Assembly (NCBI RefSeq): GCF_000010065.1
Contig: NC_006576.1
Coordinates: forward strand, 750,001-782,000
Reading direction: 5' to 3'
Origin: Synechococcus elongatus PCC 6301
Lineage (GTDB): Bacteria > Cyanobacteriota > Cyanobacteriia > Synechococcales > Synechococcaceae
DNA: 32,000 bases
The notes below the pieces were generated by a model. It was not told the DNA's origin. It saw nothing but the letters and a program-made list of their open reading frames with translations, and did no database searches. Of the stretch, positions 7,890 through 18,237 are shown piece after piece (the stretch's first letter is position 1; each line of letters starts with the position of its first letter). Position numbers and translations under genes: made by a program.

Positions 7890-10745
7890 CTAAGACTGTT
7901 TCACTTGAATTAGTTCTTGTAGGGTCTGGAGCAATTCTGGCTCGCGGAAAGGTTTGGTGAAGTAGGCGGCGGCTCCCAGATTGAGCGCTAAGCGCCGGTG
8001 CTTATCCCCGCTGCGTGAGGTCAACATAGCGATCGGTAGGTTTGCGCCAGCAACGATATTTTTGACTTGAGTCAGGAATCCATAACCATCCAACCGAGGC
8101 ATCTCCACATCACAAATGGCGGCTTCAACCTTTAAGCCATCTTTTAGTTTATCAATGGCTTCTTGGCCATCCTTAGCTTGTTCAACTCGATAGCCTGCTT
8201 TCTCTAAAATATTGGCTAAAAACCGTCTGACATTAATCGAGTCATCGATAATTAAGATGCTCTTCTGAGAGGGAAGTTGATAGGTTGCTGGCTGTATCGC
8301 TTTCAAGGAAAGACGACTAGGAACATTCGAATTCTGAATCCACTGCAAGAGCGAAAAGGTATCGACTAAAGGAACAATTCGCCCGTCACCCAGAATAGTG
8401 CAACTACTAAATCCCGGCGGCAAAGGAATCGTGCTATTTACTTGACGGATTGTAACCTCCTGTTCTCCCCAGTAGCGATCGACTTGAATGCCGACGAAAC
8501 TATTGCCCTGGTTAACAAGAAGAACAGTAGGCTGATTGATTGTCGGGACACCATCTAAACTAATGGGCGGGCAGGGCCGACTAAACTGAAACCACTGATC
8601 GAGCTGGAGCAGCGGAACCAGTATCTCATCGAGATTAAGAACTGTTTGACCAGCACTATTTAGAATCCAGCTTGGATTGAGTTCAATAATTTCCTCAATT
8701 ACATCAGTCGGGATGGCAACTAGAATATTGCTGACCTCGATGAGGAGAACCCGTGCAACCGAGAGAGAAAAAGGCACTGTAATCGTAAAAGTTGTGCCTT
8801 GGTTAGGTTTTGTTTCAATCTGGATATCTCCCCGAATCTGCTGAAGATTCGTGCGGACAACATCCATGCCAACCCCTCGGCCTGAGAGTTCGGTCACTTG
8901 CTCCGCAGTTGTAAATCCAGGCTCGAAAATCAAATCCAAAAGCTCGCGATCGCTGGCAGCTTCTAAGCTTGATTGATCTAGCCCCATCCGTTGGGCACGC
9001 TGGCGAATTTTCTGGAGATCAACGCCACACCCATCATCCCGAATTGTAATGACTGTTTGATTCCCTCGATAGGCTGCTGACACTTCGATGGTTGCTGTTG
9101 GGGATTTATCCCGAGATTGCCGCAGCTGAGGGGATTCAACACCATGGTCAAAGGCGCTGCGAACAAGGTGTAATAGCGGATCTGCTAGAAGCTCTAGAAT
9201 GGCGCGGTCAACTAGTGTATTCTCGCCGTTGATAATGAGCCGAACGTCTTTTCCATACTCTTGCCCTAGTTGGCGAATCATCCGAGGATAGCGATTGACC
9301 AAGTCAGCAAAGGGGCGCATTCTTACTTGGGTAAGGCGACCCTGCATCTGCTTCGCAGTTCGCCGCAAAGACTGTTCTGTCTGTTCCGTCTCTTCAAGGT
9401 TCGTTTCGATATCGCTAGTAATTTCTTGAATCTGAACAATGGTTTCCATCACGTCTTGGGAAACCAAATGCAGAGGGCTGTAGCGATCGAACTCCAAAAT
9501 ATCAAAGTTTTGGTGCCAAGAACTGCCGCCACTACCAACCAAACCGAAAGCTGTTGTTGCTGTCGCCGCGCGATCAGTCGTAGACCGTAACTCAAAGCTC
9601 GACTGCTCGAGTCGACGAACTTTTGTCTTGAGTGTTTGCAGAAGCTGCCGCATGCGCTTCAGTTGCAAACTGAGCCCATTCCGCTCAATATTCAATTCAC
9701 CAAACAATTCGCTCAGGTCTTCTAGTTGTTGAATCCCAACCCGTACAGTTCGTGCTTGGTTAATCTCTGACGTTAAATCTGTTGCATTTATTGGGGGATG
9801 AAGCGTTTGGGTTGTGATTGTCTCCGGCGTAAAGTCCAACTGACGAGCTTCAGCAACTGTCAAGCTGGACTGTATATTTTCCGAATTCCGAGTTGCTGTA
9901 ATTTGATTTTGGTGAATGACTTCCTTAGTTTGAGGGAAAGTTTCTGCTAAGCCAGAATTTGCTTCTAGAGTTATCCCCTCTGGAGACTGATCTTGAGCAA
10001 CAAATTGACTGGGCAGAGCATTGATTTGCTGGGTTAAAACGAGAGCCTGGCAATGTCTTAAGTCTTTAAGGATCTTGGTAGCGGTCGCCCTTAAATCAGT
10101 CGGCTGCTGTTCAAGAAGTTCAGCGATCGAGGTACAGAACTGACTGAACTGGGACAGTTCTAACATCTGCCCCAACCCCGCTAGCTCTTGGGCAACGATT
10201 GCAAATTCTTCCAATAAGCAGGGATGCTCTGGGGTTTGCAGCACCGACTCCAAACGTTGCAAGCACCCTTCAACCTCCGATTCAAACAGCAGCGATCGCA
10301 TATCATCGCCCGCTTCTTCCGAGAGCATTGCCAAATCAGCGTCAGGTTGAGGGTCCCCAAACTGCTCTCGGAGGACAGCAAATAAGGGTTGGACTTGACT
10401 CTCAAGCCATTGAGGTGAAGGGTCTGTCCCCTGGCGATTAACTTGCAGAACCTGATGGAGCCGATCAACTCCCTGAAGTAGCTGACGTTCTAGAGACTGG
10501 TCAAAGTTTTTGCCGCTGCGCATCACCTTAAAGAAGTCTTCAAGTTGATGCGCTAGTTCGCTGAGGGTGTTGAAGCCCATCATGGCCGCACCACCCTTGA
10601 TTGAATGGGCGGCCCGGAGGATGAGATCAACTTGCGATCGGCGATCGCTCGCTTGGCTTAAATCGACCAGTTCCTTTTCAATCGTGCCAAGGTATTCTTC
10701 AGCTTCTTCCAGAAATTGCAGTCGAAATAATCGCCTGAGGATCAC
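7890..10745 (-). CDS. pixL: PixL-like hybrid CheA histidine kinase (Hpt, dimerisation, HATPase_c, CheW, receiver)
   Basis: LILRAAHSIKGGAAMMG (Hpt), HLVRSAFDHGVESPQLRQ and GRGVGMDVVRTNLQQIRGDI (kinase boxes), CheW-like region, C-terminal receiver KSILIIDDSINVRRFLANILEKAGYRV...DVEMPRLDGYGFL...AMLTSRSGDKHR. GTG start. Confidence 0.93.
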   Translation of the reverse strand: MILRRLFRLQFLEEAEEYLGTIEKELVDLSQASDRRSQVDLILRAAHSIKGGAAMMGFNTLSELAHQLEDFFKVMRSGKNFDQSLERQLLQGVDRLHQVLQVNRQGTDPSPQWLESQVQPLFAVLREQFGDPQPDADLAMLSEEAGDDMRSLLFESEVEGCLQRLESVLQTPEHPCLLEEFAIVAQELAGLGQMLELSQFSQFCTSIAELLEQQPTDLRATATKILKDLRHCQALVLTQQINALPSQFVAQDQSPEGITLEANSGLAETFPQTKEVIHQNQITATRNSENIQSSLTVAEARQLDFTPETITTQTLHPPINATDLTSEINQARTVRVGIQQLEDLSELFGELNIERNGLSLQLKRMRQLLQTLKTKVRRLEQSSFELRSTTDRAATATTAFGLVGSGGSSWHQNFDILEFDRYSPLHLVSQDVMETIVQIQEITSDIETNLEETEQTEQSLRRTAKQMQGRLTQVRMRPFADLVNRYPRMIRQLGQEYGKDVRLIINGENTLVDRAILELLADPLLHLVRSAFDHGVESPQLRQSRDKSPTATIEVSAAYRGNQTVITIRDDGCGVDLQKIRQRAQRMGLDQSSLEAASDRELLDLIFEPGFTTAEQVTELSGRGVGMDVVRTNLQQIRGDIQIETKPNQGTTFTITVPFSLSVARVLLIEVSNILVAIPTDVIEEIIELNPSWILNSAGQTVLNLDEILVPLLQLDQWFQFSRPCPPISLDGVPTINQPTVLLVNQGNSFVGIQVDRYWGEQEVTIRQVNSTIPLPPGFSSCTILGDGRIVPLVDTFSLLQWIQNSNVPSRLSLKAIQPATYQLPSQKSILIIDDSINVRRFLANILEKAGYRVEQAKDGQEAIDKLKDGLKVEAAICDVEMPRLDGYGFLTQVKNIVAGANLPIAMLTSRSGDKHRRLALNLGAAAYFTKPFREPELLQTLQELIQVKQS

Positions 10746-10753
10746 TCATTGTT

Positions 10754-13700
10754 CTATTCCTCAGCTCCGACTCTAAAGGTGTCAACGGAGGATTTAAGTT
10801 TCTGAGCGACAGCCACAGTAGCCTGTAGTGAAGCGGAAATGTGACGGGAGGTGTCTGAAATTTCCTCTGAGAAACCGGCCATCTCCTCCATGAGGTTAGT
10901 CACAACATTAGAGGTCTGAGACTGGCTGACGGTTGCTTGCGAGATTGCCTGTACAAGTTGGTCAATCTGTTGGGAAACCTGCACGATTTCTTCAAGGCTT
11001 TTCTTAGTCGCCTCGACCAGCTGTGTTCCCTCGACTACTTGGCTGGTACCTGTTTCCATAGCCGTAACCACCTCATTCGTTTCTTGCTGAATCGTTTCAA
11101 CAATCTGCTCAATTTCCTTGGTAGCGTTAGCGGACCGTGTTGCTAACTGGCCAACCTCTTCTGCAACGACTGCAAAGCCACGACCTTCTTCACCAGCTCG
11201 TGCCGCCTCAATACTGGCATTAATTGCAAGTAGATTTGTTTGCAGAGCAATTTGGTTAATCAACGAGATCACTTTTGAGATCTGTTGAGAAGATTCACCG
11301 AGCCGCTTCACCTTCTTAGCAGTTTCAGCAACAGTTTCGCGTAGATGAAGAATACTGCGAACAGTCTCATCCATTGTTTGACCACTACTGATAGCTGTTT
11401 GCGATGATTTGCGTGCAACTTCAGCAGCTTGGTTTGCTGTGTTCGAGACATCAAGAATTGATTTCGACATCTCAGCAACAGCATTTAGGGTCTTTTTAAT
11501 CTTTTCTGCCTGACTTTGGGAGTCTGCTGCTAGTCGTTGCATCGAGTTAGCATCGCTATCCAGAGAAGTATTCACCTTCTGAGTGGAGGCTTTTACTTGG
11601 ACTACGACGGCTCGCAAACTTTCAATCAGAGAGTTGAAAATATCAGCAACTGTACTAATTTCACCGGCTGAGATGTCAGCACGAACAGTGAGATCACCTC
11701 GTGATGCATCTTCGACATCACTGAGAAGTTGAATCAGTTCGGCTTGAATCGCTTCGGTCCGTTGCTGTTGCTCTTGTGCCAGTTGCTCAGCGCGATCGCG
11801 TGCTGTTTCAGCTTGCTGTAGAAAATCTGCACGCGCTAAGGCTAAGCCAATTTGCGTGGCGAGTTGGCTAAACAAATCAATTTCAGATTGCTGCCAATCT
11901 CGTGCTCCTGAACATTGGTGAGCAACAAACAGGGCAATCAGTTTTTTCTCAACCACAATCGGGGCCACCAGATTGGCCTTGACTGCCAAAGGCTCCAATT
12001 GCTTGAGATGGCATTCCGTAAATCCAGCATTGTAAATATCAGGAGTCGCCTGAATGCGGCCTGCAGCATAGGCATCTACCCAATCCCGTCTGAAGCAGGG
12101 GTCATCGATCGTGATACTCAGTGCTGAGGGCCAGCCATATTCAACTGACTCTGCAATCACAGTACCTGACCAAGTTTCATCGAAGGCATAGACCACAACG
12201 CGATCGGTAGCGAGCGCACGGCGAGTCTCTTTCACTGCAGTTTGAAGCACATCTTCAGGATTAGCTTGCGCAACTAATCTGGAGGTAATTTCGCGGATTT
12301 GCTCTGCCCGTTTTGCCTCTGTAACCTGTTGCTCAAGGAAACGGGCGCGGGTAATTGCCAACCCTAGTTGCGTTGCTAGCTGACTAAACAGATCAATCTC
12401 AGATCGCTGCCAGTTACGTGGCCCTGAACATTGATGAGCAACAAACAAAGCAATTAGTTTTTTCTCAACCACAATTGGGGCAACCAGATTGGCTTTGACT
12501 GCCAAGGGCTCCAGTTGTTTGAGATGGCATTCTGTGAGGCCTGCATTGTAGATGTCTGGAGTCGCTTGAATTCGACCTGCAGCATAGGCATCCACCCAAT
12601 CGCGTCGGAAGCAAGGGTCATCAATCGTGACATTGAGGGCAGAAGGCCAAGAAGGGTTAACCGACTCAGCGGTTACTGTACCAGCCCAAGTACTGTCAAA
12701 TTCGTAGACAACAACGCGATCAGTATCGAGTGCACGACGAGTCGCGTGTACCGCTAGTTGCAAGACACTTGCAACGTTTGTAGGAGAAACGAGCTGTGAG
12801 GTGATGTCTCGAACTAGTTTGGCACGGTTGACCTCTGACACTTGTTGCTCAAGGAAACGAGCCCGAGTCGTTGCCAAACCAACTTGTGTCGCGAGCTGAC
12901 TAAAGAGATCAATTTCAGACTGTTGCCAATTGCGTGGGCCGGAACATTGATGCGCGATGAATAAGGCAATCAGTTTTTTCTCAACCACAATGGGCGCAAC
13001 CAGATTGGCTTTGACCGCCAAGGGCTCCAGTTGCTGAATATGACATTCGGTTAGGCCTGCATTATAAATATCTGCTGTCGCCTGAACGCGTCCAGCCGCG
13101 TAGGCTTCAACCCAATCTCTACGGAAGCAGGGGTCATCAATGACAACGTTGAGGGCCGCTGGCCAATTAGAGTCGCTCGACTCAGCAACGATCTTGCCAC
13201 TCCAATTCTCATCAAATTCATAGACCACAACGCGATCGGCCTTGATTGCACGGCGGGTCTCTTGAACAGCTGTTCTGAGCACGCTCTTAACATCAGCTTG
13301 AGCAACTAACTCTGATGTAATTGACCGCACAAGTTTGGCCCGATTGGCTTCAGCAATTTGCTGTTCTAAGAAGCGCGCGCGGGTCATTGCCAAACCGACC
13401 TGTGTGGCTATTTGGGCGAACAGATCGATTTCAGATTGCTGCCAGTCTCTTGGGCCTGAGCATTGGTGGGCAATAAACAGAGCGATTAGTCTTTTCTCGA
13501 CCACAATGGGCGCAACCAGATTGGCTTTGACCGCCAAGGGCTCCAGTTGCTGAATATGACATTCGGTTAGGCCTGCATTATAAATATCTGCTGTCGCCTG
13601 AACGCGTCCAGCCGCATAGGCTTCAACCCAGTCCCGACGAAAACAGGGGTCGTCAATGACAACATTGAGTCCTGATGGCCAATTGGGGTCGCCAGACTCC

Positions 13701-14974
13701 GCAATAATTTTGCCGCTCCACTTCTCATCGAATTCATAAACGATGACGCGGTCGGCTTCGAGAGCCCTCCGAGTTTCTTGGACAGCTGTTCTCAGCACCC
13801 CCTCAACATCAGCCTGAGCCACCAGCTCTGTGGTGATGGTTCGCACAAGCTTAGCGCGTTCTGCTTCAATCACCTGCTGCTCTAGGAACAGCGCGCGCGT
13901 CATAGCTAAGCCAACTTGTGTGGCAAGCTGAGTCATGAGATCAACTTCTAACTGCTTCCACTGGTACGGCCCAGAGCATTGGTGAGCAATGAATAGACCA
14001 ATCAGTCGTCTCTCAACAATGATCGGGGTAACTAGGTTGGCACGAACTGCAATCGGCTCCAGTTGCTTGATATGGCATTCAGTTAAATTCGCATCATAAA
14101 TATCAGCTGTGACCTGAACCCGACCCGCTGCGTAGGCCGCTACCCAATCTTTGCGGAAACAAGGATCATCAATGGTTACCTGCAGAGCTTGGGGCCATCC
14201 TGGATCAACCGACTCAGCGATGATCGTTCCAGCCCAAGTCTCATCAAACTTGTAGACAACCACGCGATCACATCCGATCGCAGCGCGAGCCTCTTGGACT
14301 GCGACATTCAGAACGTCAGTCACATTGGCTTGAGAAATCAGCCGCAGCGTAATTTCACGGACCAGCTGATTGACCCGAACTGTTTCTGAGCGTTGTTGCT
14401 CCCGACTGACCTCTGCAGTTGCTAAGGCTGTTTGAATTTGACTGGCAGCGTGGTTAATTTCTTGCCCTAAAACGGCAATCTCATCGTCACCATCCTCGGC
14501 AACGGCAACATTCACATCCCCTTGACTGAGCTTTTCAAGAGCTGCGATCGCAGCTTGCAAGCGTCGGCTACTGCGGTTGGCCAAAGCAGCTGCAATTATG
14601 CCGACCGCCACGGCTGATAAGCCGGTACCCCAGAGCAGAGTCAGGAAAAGACTGCGTTTGAGCTGGTCGGCTTCCACCTGCGCTGTTGGACTGCTGCTTG
14701 TTTCGGTCATCTCGGTAATTGACCGGTTGACGAGGTTATGAACGGTGACTCCTACCCCTAGGACAGGCAGGACACCCATAGCAATCGCTAGCAGGGTCAA
14801 CTTGAGCTTGAGTCCCGTGCGCGCTGGTTTGTTAGCTGGGCCAGAGAGAGAACTCGTTTCAACCGAAGTGAATGACGTCACCTGATCAGCACCGTTTAGT
14901 TTTGGGGTCAGCGCTTCAGTCGTTTGATTGTTGATGGAAGCGGGGGTGCTTTCAGGGCGTTGGGTGGTGGACAT
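10754..14974 (-). CDS. pixJ: PixJ-like methyl-accepting chemoreceptor with two TM segments, HAMP, five tandem cyanobacteriochrome-type GAF domains and MCP signalling domain
   Basis: TM segments around aa 56-80 and 108-132, HAMP-like segment, five GAF units each carrying DDPCF and TECH motifs, and the MCP hairpin core [47 protein letters not shown]. Confidence 0.95.
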   Translation of the reverse strand: MSTTQRPESTPASINNQTTEALTPKLNGADQVTSFTSVETSSLSGPANKPARTGLKLKLTLLAIAMGVLPVLGVGVTVHNLVNRSITEMTETSSSPTAQVEADQLKRSLFLTLLWGTGLSAVAVGIIAAALANRSSRRLQAAIAALEKLSQGDVNVAVAEDGDDEIAVLGQEINHAASQIQTALATAEVSREQQRSETVRVNQLVREITLRLISQANVTDVLNVAVQEARAAIGCDRVVVYKFDETWAGTIIAESVDPGWPQALQVTIDDPCFRKDWVAAYAAGRVQVTADIYDANLTECHIKQLEPIAVRANLVTPIIVERRLIGLFIAHQCSGPYQWKQLEVDLMTQLATQVGLAMTRALFLEQQVIEAERAKLVRTITTELVAQADVEGVLRTAVQETRRALEADRVIVYEFDEKWSGKIIAESGDPNWPSGLNVVIDDPCFRRDWVEAYAAGRVQATADIYNAGLTECHIQQLEPLAVKANLVAPIVVEKRLIALFIAHQCSGPRDWQQSEIDLFAQIATQVGLAMTRARFLEQQIAEANRAKLVRSITSELVAQADVKSVLRTAVQETRRAIKADRVVVYEFDENWSGKIVAESSDSNWPAALNVVIDDPCFRRDWVEAYAAGRVQATADIYNAGLTECHIQQLEPLAVKANLVAPIVVEKKLIALFIAHQCSGPRNWQQSEIDLFSQLATQVGLATTRARFLEQQVSEVNRAKLVRDITSQLVSPTNVASVLQLAVHATRRALDTDRVVVYEFDSTWAGTVTAESVNPSWPSALNVTIDDPCFRRDWVDAYAAGRIQATPDIYNAGLTECHLKQLEPLAVKANLVAPIVVEKKLIALFVAHQCSGPRNWQRSEIDLFSQLATQLGLAITRARFLEQQVTEAKRAEQIREITSRLVAQANPEDVLQTAVKETRRALATDRVVVYAFDETWSGTVIAESVEYGWPSALSITIDDPCFRRDWVDAYAAGRIQATPDIYNAGFTECHLKQLEPLAVKANLVAPIVVEKKLIALFVAHQCSGARDWQQSEIDLFSQLATQIGLALARADFLQQAETARDRAEQLAQEQQQRTEAIQAELIQLLSDVEDASRGDLTVRADISAGEISTVADIFNSLIESLRAVVVQVKASTQKVNTSLDSDANSMQRLAADSQSQAEKIKKTLNAVAEMSKSILDVSNTANQAAEVARKSSQTAISSGQTMDETVRSILHLRETVAETAKKVKRLGESSQQISKVISLINQIALQTNLLAINASIEAARAGEEGRGFAVVAEEVGQLATRSANATKEIEQIVETIQQETNEVVTAMETGTSQVVEGTQLVEATKKSLEEIVQVSQQIDQLVQAISQATVSQSQTSNVVTNLMEEMAGFSEEISDTSRHISASLQATVAVAQKLKSSVDTFRVGAEE
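11786..14365 (-). repeat. five tandem intragenic 516-bp (172-aa) GAF-encoding repeat units inside pixJ
   Basis: DPCF cysteines at aa 272, 444, 616, 788, 960 and TECH cysteines at aa 300, 472, 644, 816, 988, with exact 172-aa spacing counted from the supplied translation. Units by coordinate: 13850..14365, 13334..13849, 12818..13333, 12302..12817, 11786..12301. Confidence 0.93.
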
Positions 14975-15045
14975 AGCGAGTCAGGTCCTGAGGAGTGAAG
15001 TAGAAAAGCCAAAGGGCTAACAATCAAGCAAAGCGAGAGGAAGGC

Positions 15046-15558
15046 TTAAATAGCGTGGGGCTGCAGGCTCTTGGCATGGGCGATCGCAGCAGCATCTAAG
15101 ACCAACAACAACTCTTGATCTTGGAGGTAGCAGCCTCGCAAGAAAGGCACCAAGGAGGCATCCACGGAGCCGACAGGAGATTGGATATCGCTGGGATTAA
15201 GCCGGCTCAGCCCTTCAATTTGTTGAATGGCTAACCCCAGTAATTGGCCCGCTACTTGGATGACGACAACAGCGTATTGCCGTAAATCCAGCATCAGCAT
15301 GGGTAACCCCAGCAACTGCGGTAGATCGATGACCCAAATCACGCGGTTGCGGTGATTGAGTAAACCCAAGATAGTGCCGGGCATGTTGGGCATCAAGGTT
15401 AACTGTTGATGAGTGACCATCACGACTTCTTGAGCCTCAACCGTCGGAATCACCGCGATCGTAGTATCACTCAACCTGAGCTTTAAAAAAGACTGAGTGG
15501 TTTGATCAGCAGCTCCAGTATTTGTTAATTCAAAGGAGAGAGAACTATTCATAGCCAC
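15046..15558 (-). CDS. pixI: PixI-like CheW adaptor
   Basis: LKLRLSDTTIAVIPTVEAQEVVMVTHQQLTLMPNMPGTILGLLNHRNRVIWVIDLPQLLGL is CheW-like; located between cheY-like and MCP genes. Confidence 0.88.
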   Translation of the reverse strand: MAMNSSLSFELTNTGAADQTTQSFLKLRLSDTTIAVIPTVEAQEVVMVTHQQLTLMPNMPGTILGLLNHRNRVIWVIDLPQLLGLPMLMLDLRQYAVVVIQVAGQLLGLAIQQIEGLSRLNPSDIQSPVGSVDASLVPFLRGCYLQDQELLLVLDAAAIAHAKSLQPHAI

Positions 15559-15571
15559 CTATAGACCTCGG

Positions 15572-15934
15572 CTAGAAGTCAACTGAGCGAACAGCCTTTA
15601 CTAAATCTTCCTGTTGGAAAGGCTTAATGACGTAAGCATCAGCCCCCTGTTTCATCGCCCAGAGGCGATCAATCTCTTGATTTTTGGAACTGCAGACAAT
15701 GACAGGTAGCTTTTCTGTCTCGGGATTTTTCTTGAGGCTCCGGCACAATTCAAAGCCACTCATGCCAGGCATGACCACATCAGTCACAACAACATCAGGC
15801 TTAAACTGGCTCACCTTGTTCAGTGCTTCTTTGGCATCAGCAGCCCCGATGACTGTGTAACCGCTATTTCGCAAGTAGGTGGTGATTAGCTCCATTTCAG
15901 AAGCGGTGTCTTCTACAACAAGTACTGTACTCAT
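15572..15934 (-). CDS. pixH: PixH-like CheY/PatA-family single-domain response regulator
   Basis: MSTVLVVEDTASEMELITTYLRNSGYTVIGAADAKEALNKVSQFKPDVVVTDVVMPGMSGFELCRSLKKN...KPFQQEDLVKAV receiver domain. Confidence 0.93.
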   Translation of the reverse strand: MSTVLVVEDTASEMELITTYLRNSGYTVIGAADAKEALNKVSQFKPDVVVTDVVMPGMSGFELCRSLKKNPETEKLPVIVCSSKNQEIDRLWAMKQGADAYVIKPFQQEDLVKAVRSVDF

Positions 15935-15978
15935 GAGCTGCTTAACCTTCGTGAGAGCGCAGATGGAAGAAACAAAGA

Positions 15979-17238
15979 CTAAAACTGCTTGTGCAAATGC
16001 TGATTAACGATGTTGAGTAATCCCTCCTGAGTGAAGGGTTTGGTGAGGTAGTCAGTCGCGCCGGACATCTTTGCCTTAGCGCGATCGATCAAGCCGGTAT
16101 TACCCGTAACCATGATGATCGGAGTCGTTTTGAAGTTGGGATGGTTACGGACAACTTTGCAGAATTTATAACCATCAACGTTTGGCATTCCTACATCTAG
16201 CAAAATCAGATCTGGCTCAATACGCATGACTTCCATGAGAGCTTTCACAGAATCAATAATCGTGATTACCTCAAACCGATCTTCATCTAGAAATCGGCGT
16301 AGCTCGCTCAAGATGATCGGGCTGTCGTCAATACAAACAATTTTGACTGGACGAGCAGTTGCCGAAGGAGAAGAAGTTAAATTGTTCGAAGTATCTACCG
16401 GACCAGCGATCGCAGTATTGCCAGAAATTAAATCGCTTCTCAAAAGGGGCGGTAGTTTATCAAATGGCGGTTGTGGCTCTCTAAAAAAAACTACGCCTTC
16501 TTGAATATAAGGATCAAGACTGCGCATCAACTTGATCTCATCTTGATGAATGAGTGCAGCCAAATGACGCAGACTGTACCCCTTCAGTAAATTTCCCAGC
16601 TTTTGAAGCTTCTCAGGACTAAACTTATTGTTACTCGTACTTTGACTAAAGAGATAGGGGCTCTGAAAAGGCGAGTAGACCTTCTCAGAAAGCCCCGACC
16701 ATTCTCTTAATCGTTGAAACGTCTCATCTAGGAGAGGGAAAACTGTAAATTCAGTCAAAATTGGCAGCGAGGGATCTAGAGCTAGAAATCTGTGACTCGC
16801 AGTTTGAAGACTCAGAAAAGACTCTAAGGTCTCTTTGATCAGATTTTTGATCAAGAGATCTGTTTGAAACTGGTTGATAAATCCTTCAGATCTCAACCAA
16901 GACAATGCTTGATAAACAGCAGTTGAATTAGACCCTTCTTGTTTTTCAAATAGGGATCGTATCTGCTGGCGAATAGGACGATCAATATTCGGGATCTCAG
17001 CACTAAAAGCCTTAAGATTCCGTTCCAAGCAATCGAAGGGATCGATGGAGGTTATGCCATAGAAAAGATTGCCGTTATGCAGGTAAAATATCCAGCTGAC
17101 ATCTTGACTCAAAATAGTTAAGCAACCACTTGCTCTAGACTCAGCTAGCTGACTAAGCAAGTTTGCTGGGCTGAGTGCTGCTGTTGATCGATCTGCGGCA
17201 GAGTACACCATCAACTGCATTCCACAAAATCTACTCAT
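15979..17238 (-). CDS. pixG: PixG-like PatA-family response regulator (N-terminal PATAN-type region plus C-terminal receiver)
   Basis: N-terminal SPANLLSQLAESRASGCLTI...WIFYLHNGNLFYG and C-terminal VKIVCIDDSPIILSELRRFLDEDRF...DLILLDVGMPNVDGYKFCKVVRNH...YLTKPFTQEGLL. Confidence 0.9.
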   Translation of the reverse strand: MSRFCGMQLMVYSAADRSTAALSPANLLSQLAESRASGCLTILSQDVSWIFYLHNGNLFYGITSIDPFDCLERNLKAFSAEIPNIDRPIRQQIRSLFEKQEGSNSTAVYQALSWLRSEGFINQFQTDLLIKNLIKETLESFLSLQTASHRFLALDPSLPILTEFTVFPLLDETFQRLREWSGLSEKVYSPFQSPYLFSQSTSNNKFSPEKLQKLGNLLKGYSLRHLAALIHQDEIKLMRSLDPYIQEGVVFFREPQPPFDKLPPLLRSDLISGNTAIAGPVDTSNNLTSSPSATARPVKIVCIDDSPIILSELRRFLDEDRFEVITIIDSVKALMEVMRIEPDLILLDVGMPNVDGYKFCKVVRNHPNFKTTPIIMVTGNTGLIDRAKAKMSGATDYLTKPFTQEGLLNIVNQHLHKQF

Positions 17239-18237
17239 TCATGGGCGGTATTACCTGAATCCCCTAGAAGTCCATAAGCATTCTTAGGGAAAGCAACTTC
17301 GTGTCGGACTAGTACCTATTCGAAGATTAAGGCCAAGTTAAATTCAGGCTTTCTCCATCTTAAAGCAATTTTACAATTTCTAAGGATTCTTCATGGTGGA
17401 TCTTTGGAGCCCAATTTTCGATAAGTAAATATGCTGCCAGTCACTGGAGTGGATGAATTTTTTATTGCCAAAAACTGATTAAATTTTCAAAGCGCCAAGA
17501 TTACATCAATTGCTTCTCAATGGGCTTTTCCATTGATTCATTGCTACATTTTTGGATGGAGCATTGAGCAATTTAAATCGATAGCTGTAGGAAGCAGATC
17601 CTTGAAGAAAAGTGAAGAGGATAGCATTTCGCTAATGGCTCTCCAAACCTGTCCTAGTGATTCAACGGAGTTGGAAGGGCTCTTGCTCACGTCTTTGTTG
17701 AAACTTGCTAATCCCATCGGCTCTCCAGAAGTACTTGAAATCTGAGAGGTGCAGAGAGGTAATCAAGGACTGAGCTGACAACACGGGCAAATTAAGATCC
17801 TTACCCCATGATTTTCCACTGGGGCAAACGGCGCTCTCGGTCATCGCCCCAACAACTTTAAAAACGGCTTCTCAAGCAGCATTTACAATCGTTTTACGAT
17901 TTTTAATTTGGCTGGAATGTAGCTTTGAGGCTGTGCTGAAACAAGCAGATGAAACAAGCAATTGCTCAAGCTCAGGAAAGCCTATCGCCAAACAAGACAA
18001 GTGAAACCGATGAAAGGACCTGCTTCCCTGCACAGCTTATCCATTGTCTGTGCGATCGCCCTCAAACGGCAGCGACGCTGATTATTGACAATGATTTTGG
18101 GGTCAGCAATCCAGATGAGCAGGAGGATTATTCCTTCTGTACTACTTGAATGGTTGGCGATTGCCGAGCCTATCGCTCCAGATCTCGCTCAACTAAGAAT
18201 CGTCAATTACGATACTTGGCTCAGTTTTCATATTTCT

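Noticed and set aside
11786-14365. Regular long repeats that could suggest a CRISPR or mobile element
   Set aside because: The 516-bp period is in frame and encodes GAF domains; there are no short repeat-spacer units.
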